Assembly: GCA_043228905.1 (NCBI GenBank)
Contig: JBHGNT010000010.1
Location: 16,120,001-16,184,000, forward strand
From: Azolla caroliniana
Lineage: Eukaryota; Plantae; Polypodiophyta
Direction: 5' to 3'
Length of the DNA: 64,000 bases
Part shown: positions 21,898 to 32,337 of the stretch, in pieces
Numbering within the stretch: position 1 is the first letter of the stretch
Layout of the letters: each line of letters starts with the position of its first letter
Program-made: the position numbers and the translations under genes
The notes under the pieces: model-generated
Databases searched by the model: none
What the model was told of the DNA's origin: nothing
Seen by the model: the letters and a program-made list of their open reading frames with translations, nothing else

Positions 21898-24800
21898 AGT
21901 GGACTATTGCGGAGTGGGGAAGTGATAGTCCGAGAAGCCCTGATACCCTACACAGGAAGAAAACTCTCGGAGCAAAACAAGTACGAATCGGTCCAGATGG
22001 GGCATCTACGTACACGGTCGTAACCGGAGGAAAGAAGAAAGAATACCGAAAAATAGAGGATAAGTTGCGGTCGGCATCAATAATAAAAGAAGACAAAGAA
22101 ATCATGGGGGTAGTCAAAGAAGTGTTCTATGGGATCACGCTACAACGGCTTGAAGAACTTCTAGAGGATAAAAGCCGAGGAGACCGGGTAGTCCCGATGG
22201 AATCGGTCGAGATGTACGAGATCATTGTGAAAATGGGGTTGGATGCGCTCCACAGAAGAAGCAATGGTAAGTACAAAATACAAGACCGTGGAGAAGAAAG
22301 TGAAACCGGCCACGGAACCGTTACCCTCCGATAGCAAGCAAAAGAGGAAAGAAGTCTCGGGAGATCCGACACTTTCGGAAGTCCGTGGATATCAGACATG
22401 CCTTCACGGATGAGACCCAAAAGAAACTTTGGATCGGTGGAGGTGGTTTCCTTTTACAAAATCAAGAAGAATGATTCGTGGGATGTTGGAACAACATGGG
22501 AAAGCATTTGCATTCACATCGAAGGAGATAGGGTGCGTTGATCGAAGATAGTGGAACCGATGGTGATCTTCACGATTGACCATGTGTCGTGGAACTTGAA
22601 GCCGATTCCGGTGCCACAGACGCATATTCCCAAAATCATCGACTTGCTCAAGGAGAAGGTGGCGATGGGGATTCTAGAGCCATCAAACGCTCCGTACTCA
22701 AATCGATGGTTTACGGTTCCGAAGAAGAATGGGTCACTCCGATTTATCCAAGACTTGCAACTGGTGAACAAGGTCACGATCCGGAACTCCGGAGTCGGTC
22801 CAATAGTGGACGAATTTGCGGAAACATTTGTCGGTCGTGCAATATACTCCATCGGAGACCTATACTCGGGGTATGACCAATTCCAACTAGCCATCGAGAG
22901 CCGAGACATCACTACCATGCGGACACCGATAGGATTAGTTCGAATGTGCACACTACCACAAGGAGCGACAAACTAGGTTGCACATATGATGAACGCGATG
23001 AACAAGGTGCTTTGAGATTGCATTCCGGAGATACCGATGTCGTTCCTAGATGACATTCCGATGACAGGATGCACGGTAGAAGAAAAAGATGAAACTATGG
23101 ATGATCGGGGATGCCTAAAGTTTGTAGTCAACCATATTCGTGATTGCGAGAAAGTGCTTCGAAAGTTAGAAGATGTGCACCTAACACTTTCCGGGGAGAA
23201 ATCGGCATTCGGGCAAGAAGAGATATTGGTACTCGGACATCTATGTGGGCCCTACGGCCGAAGACCGTCTCCAACCAAGATCGATGCGATTCAAGCTATG
23301 AAAGAAGTATGCGAGTCATAATCCGAAGTCCGAAGCTTTCTTGGAGCTTGTGCATTTTATCACATATAGATTCCGCACTATGCACATATTGCGGACCCAC
23401 TCTATCACTTATTGCAGAAGGGGAAGAAGTTCGAATGGAAACCGGAACACGCCAAAGCCATGAAGAAGCTCAAGAAAACATTACGGAGGGCTGAAGCACT
23501 TAAGAAGCCGAGCTATGAGCGACCAATCATAGTAATGGTTGATACAAGTCCAACCGGGATCGCATGGGTCATCAATCAAGCCGACTCGGATGGTTTGCAA
23601 TATCCGATCCGATTCGGAGCAAAGGTTCTTAACGAAAGGCAACGCGGATATGCACAAGTCAAAAGAGAATTATGAGGAGTCGTGTCAGCAATCAAATCGG
23701 ATCCAAATTATTTGATTGGAGCCAAAGTAGTGATCGAAACGGATTGTTTTCCGATACTCGGGATGATGTGGTGTTGCACGATACCGGATGTGGCTATGCC
23801 AAGGTGGATTGCATATGTTAAGTCACTTAACCCGGAGGTACGACACATCTCCGGAAAAGACAACGTGGTAGCAGATATGCTATCAAGGGCTCGGTTCGGA
23901 GACGACATAACCGAATCCGATAATGAAGAAGTTTCTGAAGACTACTTTGCTTCGGAGCACATATGCCGGGTGAACGTAATCCGAGTATTCCGGGAAGAAG
24001 AATAGGAGGGAGAAAGCTTGTTGATCGGGAAAGTGCTACAAGAAATGGAGGAATCATCGGACAATAAAGAGAAGAGAGCCGAGATCCGAAGTAAGAAGCG
24101 GCAAGTTCGAAAGTTCTTCTTGAAAAATGGATTAATATGGAGGGAGCCAAAAAGACCGGATGGCATACCACTTTGAGTAGTCAGGACGAAAGAGCAACGA
24201 AACCGGATAATGTCCGAGTTTCACGAATCTGATTGGGCTGGAAATCAAGGGACATGGGCAACTTTTGCGAAAATCAAACAAAAATATTGGTGGAAGAATA
24301 TGTAAAAAGATATAGCGGAGTTCACGGAAAGCTGCGAGAAGTGTCAAATCTACTCCGGAGTTCGACACCGAGATGAGTTACATCCGACATTCTCACCGAC
24401 AATCAACTTCAAATGGATGGTCGACATTGTAGCCATGCCAACCGGGATCGAACAAAAGAAGTACTTGGTGTTAGCTCGGGAAGATCTCACAAACCAAGTA
24501 GAAGGTCGGGCGCTACGAAGGAAAACGTGTTCTACGGTATGCGAATTTCTTTTGGAGGAGGTGTTTTGCAGGTACGGGTGCGTAGGACAAGTGATTGCGG
24601 ATCGGGGAGAACTTGACTCTAATAAAGCTAGGGAATTCTTCACCAAACATGGAGTTCGGTTAACACTAACAACGGCATACAATCCGGAGGCCAATGGGAA
24701 AATCGAACGAGGACATAGTCCAATCGTCAAAGCACTGCATGCAACGGAAGGGCGAAGGATTGACCGCAGATGCTCCTGTATGCACTATGGGCAGATCGGA

Positions 24801-25420
24801 CGACGCATAGCTCTGTAACCTGTTATATGCCGACAGAACTTATGACCGGACAAGCACCGGTAATGCCGATGGAAACCGCGATCGCGACATGGACAATGCT
24901 ACCGTGGAAGGAAGAGATGAGCCAGGAAGAACTACTAGCGGTCCAGATACGACAACTAGAGGGAAGACCGGAAGACATAGCGGAAGCAACACGCCGACAA
25001 CAAGAAGCGTGATTCCAGATCAAAAGCCGATTCGATACAAAGCACCGACTACGACCACGGAAGATTGAAGAAGGAGATTGGGTGATTGTCTATGGCAGTA
25101 GTTTGGATCATCAACATACAACGATACGGAAGTTCGCGAAAAGGTGGTTCGGGCCATACGAGGTTCAGAAAGTTTTCGACAACGGAACTTACCGACTATG
25201 CAAGTTGGATGGAACGATACTACGAGTGCCTATAGCACGGAAATGGGTAAAGATCTTCAAGAAGCGAACTGACGATGAACCCTATGTAACCCTAGACAAG
25301 ACCGACAATGAGGAGCAACCGGACAAAGACCGCAGTGATGCGGAAAGCGAAGAAAGTGGACTTCAACTCGTAGTCAACATAAGGGGAGAATCGGAGAGTG
25401 TTACGGATGAAGGCGAATAA
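21888..25420 (+). pseudogene. pol: Element A pol (RT-RNaseH-integrase), many stops and frameshifts
   Basis: Fragments DLYSGYDQ, LPQG, FLDD, MVDTS, ETDC, VDIVAMP, DRGELD, AYNPEANG, WFGPY. Confidence 0.9.
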
Positions 25421-25476
25421 TGAGCATTGGAAACTTCGGCACATACCGGAGGATGTGCGGGTTTGGAGGGGGCGAG

Positions 25477-26264
25477 TGTCGTAGTGTAAATGGCACACTA
25501 TGAGAAAATTGCATTTTTGGTTCCTCCGGATGGGACGAAGCAGAGCCGGCAAGAGCCGGATGAAGAAAGTCGGTAAGAACCGGTAAGGAGGATCCGGTAA
25601 GAACCGGAACAAGCAGAACCGGCAAGAGCCGGATAAAGAAGGTCGGTGAGAGTCTCTCACCGGATGAAGAGACAAATTTGTAAAATAGAAGAAAATATTT
25701 ATTACGTGCATAGGGCAAGATTTAAACCTTGTACCTCCACGTAGATAAACCCCAACCTTACCATTGTACTAACTTATCCTAAGTGTTCTAAATATAGATT
25801 TAATACGTACAAGACCTTTATTTACGCCTACCTTTATTAAAAGGTAATTCATGCATTTTTAGAATGCGTGAATACTTTAATTATAAGAAAAATGTACACC
25901 AATAAAAAATTACCCGTGCACATTTAGTGTGCATGAACACTTTAGAAAAAGCATGAAACTATGCTTAGCCTCTTCCATCCTTATATAATATATTCGTGGG
26001 ATGTATGAGGTTGTTGATTTTTTACAAGGATTGATCAATCTAATATATTCATGGGATTCACGAGTTTATCATCAAAATTCTCTTTCTTATAATCTAAATA
26101 TTGATTAAATACACTAAACACGTGGGATTTCCAAGATTTATTTCTTACTTCTCTTTCTACCTATTTCATAACTAGCCTTATATTGTATTCTTCTTTCTCC
26201 TAGTCCAAAACCTCAGTGGTTCCCACCCGACTCACGCAACGATCCAGAGCCGAAAGGCACGACA
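25477..26264 (+). repeat. 3' LTR of element A (788 bp)
   Basis: TGTCGTAG...CACGACA after the PPT; CCGG-rich short repeats at 25545-25665; TATA near 25982. Confidence 0.9.
25706..25778 (-). other. tRNA-like Pol III module in the U3 of the A LTR, antisense to the element
   Basis: Minus strand reads TAGTACAATGGTAAG...GGAGGTACAAGGTTTAAATCTT, with the same 43-nt A-to-B box offset as the D module. Confidence 0.55.
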
Positions 26265-29200
26265 ACGTGCATCCTAACACCATCACCAACAGCCAGATCC
26301 GGTCGGTGTTGGGCCTGCAGCGAGGCGAGGACCATGACATCGAGCCTCCACCTCAGAACGTCCTCGAAGCTTATTTCAAGTAGTACTCGGTGTCGGCAAA
26401 GGTGTATCGTATACAAGGCGGCCCTAACAATTTCTTTGGCTGCCAAATTTCTTTTGGAATTCGGCTGCATGCACGCTAATGTGTACAACATGCCGCAGAA
26501 GAAGGAAAGAATAATCATCACCGCCTACAGAGGCAGTGCACTGAATTGGGGAATCATCACAAGGGAAGGAGTTCGCGTCGGCTTGTTGGCTTTCCAGGTA
26601 GGGAAACAATTCTTGCCTGCCTAGCACACTTCTTATTTGTGGTTTACCCCCCCCCCCCCCCAATCCACTATCGTACCCCACCAAACCCTCACCCTCCCCA
26701 CCCACCCTAGTGAAACGACAATGAGATTTACAATTAGCTCAAGAAGAATGGCAAGATGATACGTCTGTCCAAACTCCCACCGCGCCACGACCGACCATCG
26801 ATACTAGGGCCCATGAGCACGAAGACAATTTCACCATAAGGGGGTGCAACAAACCTAAGTCATCTGCCCTGGTGGAAAAACCAAAACTAAAAGTGCCCAA
26901 GCCGCGAAAGAACCGCAGGGAAGAGACCCGGACAATTACAATTGACACCAGTCGGTCATCCGGGGAGCAACCGAAATGGCTCAGAGAATATAGTCAGCCA
27001 ACGCGACAAAAACCTCCCACATGAGCCCTGGCAAGAAACGTCGCAAGTTGCACCGACACAATGAAGAAGCGAAGAGTGAAAGAACTCCTCAGCCGAACAC
27101 CACCAATGGGTCATCGCTCTCGAAAAGAAAATCAATGTCATCCCAGAAAAAGCCATGTCGTTGATAGAGATTACGGAGAAGGGACAAGCGTCCCCTGTCT
27201 TGAAGGAAGAAGTGATGACCTTCAGGGACATGCCCACCGAAGCCTATGAGCTCAGTGCAATCTTACAACACGGCATGGCGTACGAGATAATCGACCTTCT
27301 CACTCCTCTCCAGTTTGTCACGGCAGCACGAATGGCCCAGGAACATGTCGAGTAACAGATGGTCCAACGGGCGCTCACCAACGAGCTCGAATCAGACGAG
27401 GAGCCACAGCTGTAGAAAATTGACCGGAAACGACAAACTATGTCCCGTCACACATGAATTGAGTTACCTGAGCTGAACACGGCCCTAGTCGAACCTTACC
27501 AAGAACTGGACAAGATGACCTGCGCAACTAAAGATATGGAGACCAGTAGAAAACAAGCACGCAAACAGGCCAAGACGGCCACAAAACTGTGGGAGGCTTC
27601 GGAAAGCGGAAGAGCCGAGCTTGAGCAACAGCTCAAAGAAAACGGGCAAACAAACACTCTCGCCCTTCCAGCCCCAGTTTTCAACCATATGGATGTGTCC
27701 ACACAGACCGATGACACAATCGACTCGATGTCGGCCACTGAAATGATCGAGGTCCCTCCACCCACCTACGAAGAGGAGCTTGCAGCACTATTGGCAATCG
27801 CTGAGAAAGAAAAAGAGCGCTATGAAGCAGCCAAAGTAGAAGCCAAGAAAATCCGGGAGCAGGCAACAAAACGCAAAGCTGAACTACAAGAACGGCTCGA
27901 CACACACACAACCAAGCTCCGAGAAATTGAAGAAAATGCCGCACTTGCTTTTTGGGCAGCAAACGAGGCTTTTGTGGCTAAAATACATGATATTGAGGAA
28001 GGATACCAACGGGTTGCGGCCATTGCCAACGACCAACTCATCAGTCTCCAAAACGAGCACACATAACTCCAAGAAAGTTTCAACCGGCAGCTTGTAATGT
28101 TGGAAGAAGCGGTGCAGGACAAATATACATTGTCGAAGTCCCTCCACCAGCATTGCACAAGACCGGGAATGGGAGCACAAACGGTATCTGCATGAGTTAG
28201 CCACGAATTCAGATCGGCTTCTCCGACACTACAACCAACATACGGAAGAAATCGAGGCAAAGCTCGTCGGGGTTATCGCGTCTCTCGAAATCATGAAAGC
28301 CAAGCTCGTGATTGACGTTGCAACTGCCAAAGAGGAATTGGACACCCTACGTGCCAAATACAAGATGGGCGAAGCACGAGTAAAGGCACTAGTTGCAAAG
28401 CACAGGATCAAGCTGAATTAGAAGATCGAAGAGGCACTAGCTCACGGATGGAAAGAATGGTCAGCTCAAGAAGCTGAATTGTAGGTCTTTCGAGCAGATG
28501 CCGAAAATCGGAAAAAAGAGGGCCGCGGATTTTCCAAAATGGATGATAACATCATTCAGATCCTCCGTGAAGACCTCACCAAGGAATTCCAAGCTTTGGC
28601 CCGAACACACAACACTGGCATTGGAAACCTCCTAGAGGAATTTAACGATGATCAACTGTTTCCCATGATTGAAACAGAAGGTTATAAACGTGCGTGTCTC
28701 CAAGCCGAAAAGGAAATAGAAACCGCAGCACAAGCCTTAGCAGGCAAGATGACCGAGGAAGCAGCCCAGGAGCTAAAAGAAGAAGAAAACTAGGAGCCGA
28801 AGGAAGAAGAGGCGACACACCCCGGCCCGGAGATGGAACAAGTGGTTGAACATGACAGGAACTACACGCTCCGTTTAAACAACTCTCGGCCACAACCGAG
28901 CCTAGAATAAAACACAGAAAATAGGGAATGAAACACAACACGATAGAGAGAAGAGTACACAGGATGTTTACGTGGAAAACCCAAACTCGGGAAAAAACCA
29001 CGGCAGCCCACAGACCGCAAATTATCACTATGTCAGAATGTATAATAAGAAAGCACCGAGGCCACGACCTCGAGCTTGCTATCTTCGCCACAGGCGGCGG
29101 TTACAATCAGAGGCAACGACCTCTTCCTCTCTCTCGCTCTCTTTGTACACAGTTGCACGCTCCAATCTTGCGCCAACAAGAATGACAACAACTATCATCA

Positions 29201-30439
29201 TAAACAAAGTTTGCCCTAAGTCATATTTATACTAATATGACTTTTTGGCTATTTACAAATATAGCCCCGATGGACTCTCAGGAACATATTTACAAATATG
29301 TCCCTTCATCCGATGAGCACTCCTCACTGGGCCTTCATCATCCGGCTCTTGTCGGGTACTCCTCATCTGGTTCTCACCGGGTCTTCCATAGCCGGGTACT
29401 CCTCATCCGGTTCGCACCGGATCTTCCGTAGCCGGGTACTCCTCATCCGGCGCTTGCCGGGTACACCACATCCGGTTCTCACCGGGTCCTCCATAGCCGA
29501 GTACTCTTCATCCGGTTTCTCACTTCCCATCCGGAGGAACCTGTTTCCCAACAGAACAGACCATAGAGCCAAAGCAGGAGGAAGTGGCTATGGAAGCTAC
29601 ATACCAACGGCTCGATTTGTTAGCCGAGTTCCACACGAACGAGCCAAAACAGGAGGAGAAGACTCAAGAGCCAGTGGAACAAACTACATCCCAAGAGAAC
29701 ACGGAACAAAGGGTCGATCTCAAACTAAGGGAATCGGAGCAACCGAAGGGCATCACATCAATTTTGGAAGAAGACTGAGTGTAGAAATAGCATTTTTTTC
29801 AGCTCTTTCAAATAACCCTATTCTCAAATTCTCGATTTCGATTTTTTGGAGCGATTTTGTCTTTTTGGGTTCAACGTGCAAGGCACTGTCCCATAGGCAT
29901 GCCAAATGTTATCCATGGGACAAAAGGCACGAGGTGTGAAACGAATCTTAAAGAGCCGAGTAGGTCAAGTATGTAAAAAGGGAATCGACCGAGCACTCGT
30001 TGCCAAGGAAGGTAGAATGAAATACATGCAGCCGAGAATAAAGGTCGTGAATTAGGAGGAAGTAGATAAAGCGCGCCAAGCAGAGAATAGGCTATATAAA
30101 TCATGGAAGAGCAGAAGGAAAAGGAGGAGTGAATATATGCATAGGTTATGATATAGAAGAGAGTGTGTGTGTGACTAATAGTATCGGCCTATGTTGCCTG
30201 GTAATCAATACGTGGAGTAATCAATATACATACTTTGTGGGTCATCTCTATGTCTGTTCCATCTTAATCTGTACTTTCAATTCTGTTATTCTAAGTCGTA
30301 AGTGGAAAGCCGGTTGTGGCCGACTATCGTGTAACGGTTCGGCCTACACGGCCCTATCATAGTCCCCTATGTAACCATGATTCCTTGACCCGATTACCCA
30401 GGGAGTAATCGAAGGTGTTATTCCAAGAAGGAGATAACA
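26265..30439 (+). mobile_element. Element E: 3' part of an LTR retrotransposon with a long degenerate extra ORF and probable 3' LTR (29935-30439)
   Basis: Broken sense ORF 26265-29778 (ITNSQIRSVLGL..., NWG motif, coiled-coil and acidic C-terminus). Purine-rich stretch, then TGTGAA...GATAACA with a TATA at ~30093; F pol resumes at 30440. The second LTR lies outside the window. Confidence 0.6.
28853..29553 (-). mobile_element. Solo LTR (Copia-like), 701 bp, inserted in the extra ORF of E
   Basis: TG...CA ends and perfect 5-bp TSD GAACA (28848-28852 / 29554-29558); TTTACGTGGAAAACCC...AAAAACCACGG motif; internal tandem CCGGGTACTCCTCATCCGG repeats at ~29338-29533. Confidence 0.9.
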
Positions 30440-31320
30440 TGGGGGCTTGGTGATATGCGCGTAATGGGGAATCCAAATGTGGTAGAAGGTGTGAGCTCCC
30501 AGGAACTGTCGGACCTTTGTGACTGGCCTGCACTCTTCCTTCATCGTCGTGATGGCCTCTACCTTGGCCAGAGACGGTTTCCGACCATAAGGTCCACACA
30601 GGTGTCTGACCACCAAAACCTCCGATTGTCCGAACACCGACTTCTCCCCAGAGAAGGTAAGTCGAGCGCCCTCAAGCCTTCGCAACATTTCTCGTAATCG
30701 GAGATGTGGTCTGCAACGAATTTACGACATCCATCTGTTCCAACTGTTTCGTCCTTCGTGTCCTCCGAACATCCCTTAATCAGGATATCGTCTAGAAACG
30801 GCATGGTGATGTCCGGGATGCAATCCCTCAGCACCTTATTCATTGCATTCACCATGTGTACCACCGAATTGGTACCTCCTTGAGGTAGGGTACACATCCG
30901 AAGTAAGCCGAGAGAGGTGTCAAGATTCGAACTCTTGACACGACCATGTTATAATCTACTATTATGAGTTAACCAAGATATCTAGTACTAGTTATGTATG
31001 TAATTGGTCCTTATTATTTTGCTAGCATCGTGTGCATAGTTGCTCCCTTGTAGTATTTACACTTGGCACATGCATGCATACCTACATGCTCTATTGTAGA
31101 TTCACATGCGTGCAACAAGTATGCATGCCATGTAGTATAAATAGAGGAGTTCACCTTGAAGGAATTCAAGGTGAACAACACCAGTTATGGAGTCTTTCCT
31201 TTAGTACTATCTTCTTTCTTGTCCATTTGGTTATCTTCTTGGTTGTCTCTCGAGTTTATGATCTGTGACAGTTTGTTCACCTTCCCATCCTCATAGCTCT
31301 CCCTCTCATAAGCCATAGCT

Positions 31321-32337
31321 ATGTCCGACTCAACTAGTGAGTTAGGCCAAATAATGGTAGCCTTACGACAACTACAGCTTGAAAATGAAGCTCTTCGAAA
31401 TTCTTTACAAGAACTTCAAGTCGGTACCTCCCTATCCTCACAACCCCCGAACCCTAGTCTCCCACAACAACCTAGCCTAGAGCCCGATCTTCTACCAACA
31501 TCTAGCCTAGCTTCGTCACAGTTTCTTGAGCCTAAGGTTAGCCTCCCAAAAAAATTTGATGGAACGAGGTCGCGTTTCCGAGGGTTCATCAACCAAGTTC
31601 GACTTATCATTCGGCTACAACCTCAACGTTATGGAGATGGTCTTCGACAAGTCGGCCTTGTGGGCACCCTTCTCTCTGGTCCGGCCCAAGCTTGGTTTGC
31701 ACCATTGGTAGAAACCTCATCACCTTTATTGGAGGACTTTCCCACCTTCCTCGCCGAGTTAGAGGCCACATTTGGAGAGACGGACCGACGACGTACAGCT
31801 CTTAACAAGATTTATGCACTCGAACAAGGTTCACGTGCAGCTTCGGTCTATGCTTCCGAATTTCGACAACTAGCATGCGACGTCAATTGGGATGATCAAG
31901 CTTTAGCTGATCACTTTCGGCGCGGTCTTCGAAGCAATGTCAAGAATCTTCTCTTAAACTTTCCGGAGCCCACCTCGTTATCCCAAGCGATATCACAAGC
32001 AGTCCATTGTGACAATCGTCTTTTCGAATTTCGCCAAGAAGAGCGCCGGACTTGGGTTCCACCTCATTCACTTCCACGCCACGCCCCGGTCATACAACCC
32101 CAAGCATCCTCACACTCGTCTACTTCGGCAGATGCTCCTGTCCCCATGGAAATTGATCAAGCCCGATTTCGGCCATTGACTGATGCTGAACGACAATTTC
32201 GGCGGGCTAATGGCTTGTGCATGTATTGTGGCGCCTCCGGTCATGTCGTTCGCCATTGTCCTAGGAGTACTCGCCCACAATTCCATCGAGCTAACAGACC
32301 CCAACATCCGGAAAACGACATCGTTCGGTTGCAGTAG
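31321..32337 (+). CDS. gag: Chromovirus Gag (intact ORF, 338 aa)
   Basis: PKKFDG, LEQGSRAASVYASEF major homology region, PMEID, CMYCGASGHVVRHC knuckle. Confidence 0.9.
   Translation: MSDSTSELGQIMVALRQLQLENEALRNSLQELQVGTSLSSQPPNPSLPQQPSLEPDLLPTSSLASSQFLEPKVSLPKKFDGTRSRFRGFINQVRLIIRLQPQRYGDGLRQVGLVGTLLSGPAQAWFAPLVETSSPLLEDFPTFLAELEATFGETDRRRTALNKIYALEQGSRAASVYASEFRQLACDVNWDDQALADHFRRGLRSNVKNLLLNFPEPTSLSQAISQAVHCDNRLFEFRQEERRTWVPPHSLPRHAPVIQPQASSHSSTSADAPVPMEIDQARFRPLTDAERQFRRANGLCMYCGASGHVVRHCPRSTRPQFHRANRPQHPENDIVRLQ

Larger units (their letters stand above)
1..26264 (+). mobile_element. Element A: Ty3/Gypsy non-chromovirus LTR retrotransposon (tRNA-Trp primed), 5' LTR cut by the window edge, interrupted by elements B/C and D
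   Basis: 1-154 matches 26111-26264 (both end AAGGCACGACA). PBS at 160-176 and PPT GGAGGGGGCGAG at 25465-25476. The gag-PR-RT-RH-INT order rejoins in frame once 1111-14072 and 14613-21154 are removed (..IYYD|GNRIHSMDSQK.. and ..VDL|VKRKRQ..). Confidence 0.92.

Noticed and set aside
29338-29533. CRISPR-like repeat array
   Set aside because: Eukaryotic DNA; tandem U3 repeats inside a solo LTR, with no unique spacers and no cas genes.
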